DNA of 52,505 bases from Candidatus Omnitrophota bacterium (GTDB taxonomy: Bacteria; Omnitrophota; Gorgyraeia; M55B152), in the NCBI GenBank assembly GCA_018399975.1, contig JAGYNU010000002.1, positions 1 to 52,505 of the forward strand, read 5' to 3'. Positions 46,203 through 52,505 of the stretch are shown one piece after another. The translations under genes and the position numbers were made by a program. The notes under the pieces are model-generated. The model did no database searches. It was not told the DNA's origin and was given only the letters and a program-made list of their open reading frames with translations. Numbering within the stretch: the stretch's first letter is position 1; the number at the start of each line of letters is the position of its first letter.

Positions 46203-47405
46203 TTATTCTATTATCTCAGATATTACGCCAGCACCTACTGTTTTTCCACCTTCTCTTATAGCAAATCTGAGTTCTTTTTCCATAGCTATAGGTTCAATTA
46301 ATTCAGCATCTACATCAACATTATCCCCTGGCATAACCATCTCAACTGATTCAGGCAATTTCACTACACCAGTAACATCCGTAGTTCTAAAATAAAACTG
46401 AGGCCTATATCCATTAAAAAAAGGAGTATGCCTACCTCCTTCTTCTTTGCTTAATACATAAACTTTTGCTTTAAATTTAGTATGAGGGGTAATACTTCCA
46501 GGAGCTGCGATAACTTGACCTCTTTGTAATTCATCTTTTTCTACTCCTCTTAAAAGAATTCCTACATTATCTCCCGCTTGTCCATAATCTAAAGTTTTCT
46601 TAAACATTTCTACTCCGGTAACAACAGTTTTTCTAGGTTTATCCATTAATCCAACAACTTCAATTTCCTCTCCAACTTTCACTTTACCTCTTTCGACACG
46701 ACCGGTTCCAACTGTTCCCCTCCCGGTAATAGAAAAAACATCTTCTACTGCCATTAAAAATGGTTCATCAACACTACGTTTAGGTTCTGGAACATAATCG
46801 TCAATAGCTTTTACAAGTTCAACTATAGGACCGCATTTATCACAATCCTCTTTTCCACAACCACATTCCATAGCCTGAAGAGCACTCCCTTTTATAACTG
46901 GAGCATTGTCGCCATCAAATTCATATTTACTTAAAAGTTCTCTAACTTCTAATTCAACCAATTCCAATAATTCCTCATCATCTACTTGGTCAATTTTATT
47001 TAAAAATACTAATATAGCAGGAACTCCAACTTGGCGTGCCAATAATATATGTTCTCTCGTCTGAGGCATTGGCCCATCTGCAGCACTTACCACTAAAATA
47101 GCTCCATCCATCTGTGCGGCTCCAGTAATCATATTCTTAATATAATCAGCATGACCCGGACAATCTACATGAGCATAATGTCTTTTTTCAGTTTCATATT
47201 CTACATGGGCTATGGCTATGGTAATACCTCTTTCTCTTTCTTCAGGAGCTTTGTCAATCGAATCAAATGATCTTACCTCTGCAAAACCCTGCTTAGATAA
47301 AACCTCTGTCATAGCAGAAGTTAAAGTAGTTTTCCCATGGTCTACATGTCCAATCGTTCCGATATTTAAATGAGGTTTAGTCCTTTCATATCTTTCCTTT
47401 GCCAT
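46203..47405 (-). CDS. tuf: Elongation factor Tu
   Basis: Motifs [17 protein letters not shown] and NKID. AAGGGAGG SD upstream. Confidence 0.97.
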   Translation of the reverse strand: MAKERYERTKPHLNIGTIGHVDHGKTTLTSAMTEVLSKQGFAEVRSFDSIDKAPEERERGITIAIAHVEYETEKRHYAHVDCPGHADYIKNMITGAAQMDGAILVVSAADGPMPQTREHILLARQVGVPAILVFLNKIDQVDDEELLELVELEVRELLSKYEFDGDNAPVIKGSALQAMECGCGKEDCDKCGPIVELVKAIDDYVPEPKRSVDEPFLMAVEDVFSITGRGTVGTGRVERGKVKVGEEIEVVGLMDKPRKTVVTGVEMFKKTLDYGQAGDNVGILLRGVEKDELQRGQVIAAPGSITPHTKFKAKVYVLSKEEGGRHTPFFNGYRPQFYFRTTDVTGVVKLPESVEMVMPGDNVDVDAELIEPIAMEKELRFAIREGGKTVGAGVISEIIE

Positions 47406-47484
47406 TTTGTCCTCCCTTATTTTTATTCAAACTATCATTACTACTTTGTTTTAAAAAATTAAAAAATCACAATATACCCTTTCT

Positions 47485-47557
47485 AGCTGCTGATGGGAAT
47501 TGAACCCATGGACCTCTTCCTTACCAAGGAAGCGCTCTACCCCTGAGCTACAGCAGC
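47485..47557 (-). tRNA. trnT: tRNA-Thr (anticodon GGU)
   Basis: The reverse complement is GCTGCTGTAGCTCAGGGGTAGAGCGCTTCCTTGGTAAGGAAG...TTCAATTCCCATCAGCAGCT. The anticodon loop is TTGGTAA. Canonical position upstream of tuf. Confidence 0.88.
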
Positions 47558-47620
47558 ATATAAGCTGATATAGTCAAAATCTCACAACTTTTTGTATTTA
47601 TTATGTATATAAGTTTTATT

Positions 47621-47648
47621 ATTATAAAATAAAAAATATATTTGTCAA
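47621..47648 (-). promoter_or_regulatory. Consensus sigma70-type promoter for tRNA-Thr-tuf
   Basis: On the minus strand, TTGACA (47648-47643) is followed by a 16-nt spacer and TATAAT (47626-47621). An A-rich tract lies upstream. The site is ~60 nt upstream of the tRNA-Thr 5' end. Confidence 0.6.
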
Positions 47649-47676
47649 GTATTTTTTTGTCTTTTTTTTAAAAAAA

Positions 47677-49719
47677 TCATTTTTCCTTTTGTTTTTTTGA
47701 CTCCATTATAACTTTTTCAGCCAAATTAGATGGTATTTGCTCATAATGTGAAAATTTCATTGAAAAAGTTCCCCTACCACCGGTTATCGACTTTAACTCA
47801 GAAGCATATTTAAGCATTTCACTTAAAGGCACTTTTGCATTTATAACCTGCGTTAAACCTTTAGCTTCCATACCCATTATGCGCCCACGCCTAGAATTCA
47901 AATCTTTATTTATTTGTCCCATAAAATCTTCCGCAACCATAATATTAACATCCATAATAGGCTCCAATAAAACTGGCTTTGCCTTTTTTACTCCATCTTT
48001 TAATGCCATGGCACCTGCAATCTGAAATGCCATATCAGAAGAATCTACACTATGATATGAACCATCATACAAAACAGCTTTAAAATCTACCAATGGATAA
48101 CCAGCAACAACTCCCTCTTGCATAGCATTTCTTACACCTTTTTCTACTGAAGGAATATATTGCCTTGGGATAGCTCCTCCAGTAATACTATCTTCAAACT
48201 CAAAACCTTTTCCTCTTTCTAAAGGAACTAATCTTAAGCACACATCACCATACTGTCCATGGCCACCTGATTGTTTTTTATATTTATGTTGAATTTCCAC
48301 TGTAGACATTATAGTCTCTTTATAAGGAACTTTGGGAGTTCCTAATTTTACATTTACTTTAAATCTTTGTTTTAATTTACTTGCAGTTATTTCAAGATGC
48401 AAATTCCCCATACCTGAAATCAATAATTCTTTAGTTTGTGAATCTCTTGAAACTTTAAAAGTCTTATCTTCTTTTGTTATCTTTTTTAAGGACTGTGAAA
48501 TCTTCTTTTCATCTTCGCGAGACTCTGGAGTAATAGAATAAGATAATACAGGTTCAGGAAATTTTATCTCTGGAAAAACTATTTCTTTTGAACCATCACA
48601 AAAAGTATCAGATACATCGGTATCCTTTAACTTTGCAACCGCTACAATACTTCCAGCAATAGCAGTCTCTAAAGGTTTTTGCTCTTTACCCTGTAGCAAA
48701 TACAACTGGCCTAATTTTTCCACTGAAGATTTATTGATATTTTTAACTTGAGAATTAGAATTTACCTTACCAGACAAAACTCTAAATATTGAAAGTTGGC
48801 CTATATAAGGATCTATCTGTGTTTTAAAAACCCTTGCATAAAAATCAAAATCTTCTTTATGCTCGATATCAACTTTTTCTAATTCCTCACTATCTGTATC
48901 TTTTTTAACAAAAGCTTGGCTTGCCTTAACTTCACTTGGAGATGGTAAAAATTGAATCATATACTCGGTAAACTTATTTATACAACTTTTATTACCTGCA
49001 GAACCAGAAAATATTGGAATTATCTTGTTTTCTGAAACTGCTTTTTTCAATCCTATAGTCAATTGTTGTGTTGTTAATTCTCCCTTTTCTAAATATTCTT
49101 CTAATAAATCATCTTGAGTTTCAGCAATCGCCTCTATTAACTCTTCTCGTGCAGAAGATATATCTATATCTAAATTAGTTTTAATTTCATTATCAAATAG
49201 AGGTTGAGAATTATGATAATCCTTACCAACTCCATCTGGAATATTAAAAAGTATACAATTTTTACCAAAGTTCTTTTTGATTTCATCAACAATAACTGAA
49301 AAATTTATATTATCTAAATCAAGCTTATTAATAAAAATAAACCTGGGTAAATTCCTTTCCTTTAAAAAAGACCACATTTTCTCGGTACCTATTTCTACTC
49401 CGCTAGTAGCATCTACCAGAAGTATTGCAGAATCAACTGCTTCTAAGCTTGCGATAACTTCACCTATAAACTCTAAATATCCAGGCGTATCAATCAAATT
49501 AATAGTATAGTCATTTTGCGTAAAAGAAAAAATAGAAGAGTTAATAGATATTGCCCTTTCTTGCTCTTCTTGGGTATAATCGCTTACCGAAGTTCCTTCC
49601 TCGGCTTTCCCTAATCTGTCAACAATTCCAAAATTATAAGCCAACATATCAGTTAGCAAAGTTTTACCAGCTCCTGTATGAGAAACCAAAGCAATATTTT
49701 TAATTTTATCAACCATCAT
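47677..49719 (-). CDS. EF-G paralog (EF-G II-like translational GTPase, 680 aa)
   Basis: Five-domain EF-G architecture with divergent G motifs: VSHTGAGKT, DTPGYLEF (Tyr in place of the catalytic His) and NKLD. GGAGG SD upstream. Confidence 0.85.
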   Translation of the reverse strand: MMVDKIKNIALVSHTGAGKTLLTDMLAYNFGIVDRLGKAEEGTSVSDYTQEEQERAISINSSIFSFTQNDYTINLIDTPGYLEFIGEVIASLEAVDSAILLVDATSGVEIGTEKMWSFLKERNLPRFIFINKLDLDNINFSVIVDEIKKNFGKNCILFNIPDGVGKDYHNSQPLFDNEIKTNLDIDISSAREELIEAIAETQDDLLEEYLEKGELTTQQLTIGLKKAVSENKIIPIFSGSAGNKSCINKFTEYMIQFLPSPSEVKASQAFVKKDTDSEELEKVDIEHKEDFDFYARVFKTQIDPYIGQLSIFRVLSGKVNSNSQVKNINKSSVEKLGQLYLLQGKEQKPLETAIAGSIVAVAKLKDTDVSDTFCDGSKEIVFPEIKFPEPVLSYSITPESREDEKKISQSLKKITKEDKTFKVSRDSQTKELLISGMGNLHLEITASKLKQRFKVNVKLGTPKVPYKETIMSTVEIQHKYKKQSGGHGQYGDVCLRLVPLERGKGFEFEDSITGGAIPRQYIPSVEKGVRNAMQEGVVAGYPLVDFKAVLYDGSYHSVDSSDMAFQIAGAMALKDGVKKAKPVLLEPIMDVNIMVAEDFMGQINKDLNSRRGRIMGMEAKGLTQVINAKVPLSEMLKYASELKSITGGRGTFSMKFSHYEQIPSNLAEKVIMESKKQKEK

Positions 49720-49860
49720 TTCAGTATAACCTCCTTCTTTAGCGTAAAGTATCTAATTAACTTTTTTTTACAATAGATATACATAACTTTAACTCCAATA
49801 AAATAACATAAATTAATACCAAAATCAAATATAATGTATTGTATATTAATTTCTAATTAC

Positions 49861-50300
49861 TAATTGACCTAATTGACCTAAATTAGCTCATAGCTCTTAG
49901 CTCATAGTAAAGAAAGAAACAAGAAAGATACAAGATACAAGAAAGATACAAGTAACAAGTCGCAGGTAACAGGTAGCAGGTAACAAGTAATAAGTTACCC
50001 CGTAGAAATAAGATTTCACGGGGCAAGCAAGATACAAGATGCAAGATACAAGAAAGATACAATAACCAAGATACAAGATACAAACAAATTACAATATACA
50101 ATAAACAAATTACAAATGACAAATTGACCTAATTACTTTAAAACAAGTAGAGAGTAGAAAGTAGGAAGTAGAGAGACAAGGACATAGCCCGTGAACCAGA
50201 GATTTATTTTATAAATCACGGTTCAGGGCTAGGGTGAACCGTACTTCGTTCTGGTTCCCCCTAGGACATAGGACATGAGAATTACAAATGACAAATCAAG
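49861..50300. repeat. Repeat island in the divergent spacer
   Basis: Contains AATTGACC words and AGCTCAT heptamers. The CTTGTTA/CCTGTTA families and TGTCCTA-ATTCTCATG appear here as reverse complements. Also contains hairpin 49998-50023, AGTAGAG heptamers (50146-50187) and two GC hairpins (50192-50264). Confidence 0.85.
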
Positions 50301-50399
50301 TTGCAAATTTTAAACTGGAATACGAAATTTAGAACTTGTAGCGTTAAGTAAATTTGTGTCAATTAGTTGTAATTAGTGTTAATTAGTGTGTTATGAATT

Positions 50400-51590
50400 A
50401 TGAATGATATGATATGTATTTTAGATATTGGGAGTTGGAACATAAAAGCAGTAGTGGTTCGATTATTTAATGGAGTCCAAGTACAGAAAGTGTATTTTAG
50501 CACTGCTAAGTCTATGGGTTTAGATCGTGGTAAAGTTACAAATTTGGATTATCTTTCTGATTCTGTAGAACAAGTTGTTTCAAATATTGAGATGCAGATG
50601 AAAATACGCATTTCAAAAGTTAATGTGTGTATAAGCGGAGATCACATAAAGGGTTATGATTCAAAAGGTATAATTACTATTTCTGAATTTGGTTCTGAGA
50701 TTAAACAAGTAGATGTAAAGAAAGCCATGGATTCGGCTAAATTACTTTCAGTTCCTATGGATAGAAGGATTTTGCATATTTATGAACAGGGTTTTGTAGT
50801 TGACGGGCAAACAGATGTTACTATGCCTGTAGGTATGTTTGGTAAAAAGTTGGAAGCTAATTTACATATAATTACTGCTTTGGAAAATAAAGTGCAGAGT
50901 ATTATTAAAGCTGTTAATAATGTTGGAATTCAAGTTGACAAAGTTTTATTTTCAGGATTTATGAATGTCTATGGGGTTTTATCAGAAAAGCAAAGGATAG
51001 AAGGTGCGGTTATTTTAGATATAGGAGCAGGGTCCAGTAGTATTACAGGGATTAAAGAAAATAATTTTTTTAAAACAAAAATTTTTGATTTTAGTAGCAT
51101 AAAATTAACAGAAAAAATAAAACAGGAGTTAAAAATTCCTTTTAAAGAAGCTGAATTAAAGAAAAAAGAACTTGTATCCTTTTATCCTAAGTCTAAGTTG
51201 GAAAAATCTATTTCTTTAAATAGAAATGACAGAGACATGATAGAAATTGTTTATAATTTTTTAAGCAAAGAGTTAAAACAGTTAAAAAATGAATTAGATA
51301 ACAAACTTTTGAATTTAGCCTCAGAAAATTTCATAGTTACTGGAGAAACAGCTTTGATGGGAGGCTTAATAGAGTTAATAGAAGATATTTTTAAAGTTAA
51401 AGCGAAAACAGCTAACCCTAAAATTGTGGATTTTGATAAGGATTTATTTTTAAATTTATGCCAATATTCAGCATGTGTGGGAGGAATAAATTTATCGCTT
51501 AAGCAAAGAAACATTAAGTATAATAAATCGTTTAGTAAAATTCACTTAACTTTTAATAAGATAAAAAATTTTTTAACAGAATATTTTTGA
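50400..51590 (+). CDS. ftsA: Cell division protein FtsA (actin-like ATPase)
   Basis: Motifs ILDIGSWNIKAVVV, RILHIYEQGFVVDGQ and VILDIGAGSSSITG. Short amphipathic C-terminus. Confidence 0.8.
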   Translation: MNDMICILDIGSWNIKAVVVRLFNGVQVQKVYFSTAKSMGLDRGKVTNLDYLSDSVEQVVSNIEMQMKIRISKVNVCISGDHIKGYDSKGIITISEFGSEIKQVDVKKAMDSAKLLSVPMDRRILHIYEQGFVVDGQTDVTMPVGMFGKKLEANLHIITALENKVQSIIKAVNNVGIQVDKVLFSGFMNVYGVLSEKQRIEGAVILDIGAGSSSITGIKENNFFKTKIFDFSSIKLTEKIKQELKIPFKEAELKKKELVSFYPKSKLEKSISLNRNDRDMIEIVYNFLSKELKQLKNELDNKLLNLASENFIVTGETALMGGLIELIEDIFKVKAKTANPKIVDFDKDLFLNLCQYSACVGGINLSLKQRNIKYNKSFSKIHLTFNKIKNFLTEYF

Positions 51591-51757
51591 AATACAGAAT
51601 ATAAAAAGAACGTTGAAAATAGAAGGGTTGCGTAGCTGGAAACGTTTAACGTAAGTCGTTGAACGGAAAATAATTGAAGATTTCTTACGCAACCGAAAGA
51701 CGAACTACGATTCAAGCTACGTAACCGAATAACGTTTTACGAAAGTTGCAGGGTAAA

Positions 51758-52505
51758 GTGATTAAGGTATTGCATATTATTACAGAGTTAGAATTGGGTG
51801 GTGCTCAAAAATTAACTTTGGATATATTAGAAAATTTAGATAGCAGTAGATTCAAATCTTACCTTTTAAGCTCGCCTAAAGGATGGTTAGTTGATGATGT
51901 AAGAAATTTAAAAAAAACAACAATTTTTTTAACTTCTTTTCTTAAAAGACAAATAAATCCGTTTTATGATTTAATAGCTTTTTTTGTTATTTATCTATAT
52001 ATATTAAAAAATAAAATAAGAATTGTCCATACTAATTCTTCAAAAGCAGGTATCTTAGGAAGATGGGCTGCTAAGTTGGCTGGAGTTACTGTTATAATAC
52101 ATACCTATCATGGCTTTGGTTTTAATCCTAAGCAGAAATGGATAGTTAGATATTTTTTTGTATTACTTGAAAAACTAACAGCAAAAGTTACTGATAAACT
52201 GATATTTGTATCAAAAAACAATAAAATAAAAGCAGAAAAATTAAAAATAGGAAATAAAAATAAGAATGTTTTAATTTATGGAGCTATAGAAAAAGAAAAG
52301 TTTTTACATAGGGTAATTGATTATAAAAGTGTAAAGAATGAATTAGGTATTGCAGAAAATAATAAAATAGTGGGTATGGTGGGGCCTTTAAAACCGCAGA
52401 AAGGGCCGTTAACTTTTATAAATATAGCAGCTAAGCTTCATTGTCAGTTTGCAAATGTAAAATTTGTTTTAATTGGCGAAGGTTATTTAAGATCAAAGGT
52501 TGAAA
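51758..52505 (+). CDS. Glycosyltransferase family 4 (5' partial, runs off the window)
   Basis: The frame is open from GTG 51758 to the window end with no stop, so it is absent from the ORF track. N-terminus (V)IKVLHIITELELGGAQK and HTNSSKAGILGRWAAK. Confidence 0.7.
   Translation, partial: MIKVLHIITELELGGAQKLTLDILENLDSSRFKSYLLSSPKGWLVDDVRNLKKTTIFLTSFLKRQINPFYDLIAFFVIYLYILKNKIRIVHTNSSKAGILGRWAAKLAGVTVIIHTYHGFGFNPKQKWIVRYFFVLLEKLTAKVTDKLIFVSKNNKIKAEKLKIGNKNKNVLIYGAIEKEKFLHRVIDYKSVKNELGIAENNKIVGMVGPLKPQKGPLTFINIAAKLHCQFANVKFVLIGEGYLRSKVE

Overview
Visibly AT-rich bacterial chromosome segment; all but two genes lie on the minus strand. Reading the minus strand from 49.7 kb down to 13.6 kb gives one co-directional translation/transcription super-cluster. 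Its order is: an EF-G-II-type paralog; a consensus sigma70-like promoter; tRNA-Thr(GGU)-tuf-rpmG-tRNA-Trp(CCA)-secE-nusG-rplK-rplA-rplJ-rplL; one fused rpoB-rpoC ORF (2585 aa); rpsL-rpsG-fusA; the S10 operon (rpsJ-rplC-rplD-rplW-rplB-rpsS-rplV-rpsC-rplP-rpmC-rpsQ); the spc operon (rplN-rplX-rplE-rpsZ-rpsH-rplF-rplR-rpsE-rplO-secY, no rpmD); adk-map-infA-rpmJ; and the alpha operon (rpsM-rpsK-rpsD-rpoA-rplQ). Below 13.5 kb lies an amino-acid/2-oxoacid cluster: two aminotransferases, a two-subunit aconitase-family dehydratase, an isocitrate/isopropylmalate-family dehydrogenase, malate dehydrogenase, a lysine-less lipoyl-like protein and an Lrp/AsnC regulator. Envelope genes follow: an MGDG-synthase-like GT28, an LpxL-like acyltransferase, a GT9 heptosyltransferase-like protein, a DegT aminotransferase, an SDR epimerase and a SemiSWEET. 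The plus strand at the right end carries an orphan ftsA and a partial GT4 glycosyltransferase. The coding content is ordinary; the non-coding content is not. Nearly every enlarged spacer, including spacers inside the normally compact S10, spc, alpha and rif operons, is filled by a modular repeat system. Its parts are: (i) phase-locked tandem heptamer arrays whose unit drifts stepwise (TGTCCTA > CTACTTG > TTACCTG > TAGCTTG ...); (ii) a ~125-bp conserved core; (iii) a 20-bp perfect GC palindrome precisely present or absent at paralogous sites; (iv) hairpin families that keep pairing while changing sequence, one of them abutting Shine-Dalgarno sites and the 5' end of tRNA-Trp; (v) a 223-bp multi-hairpin element in four copies, three ending 0-6 nt from a stop codon. 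Heptamer words also spill into coding DNA: the tail and stop codon of rplK, the C-terminus of the dehydrogenase, and an in-frame insertion in DegT. No CRISPR array, rRNA, transposase or phage gene was seen. The ORF track uses the most upstream ATG/GTG/TTG, so several starts were trimmed to conserved N-termini with Shine-Dalgarno support.
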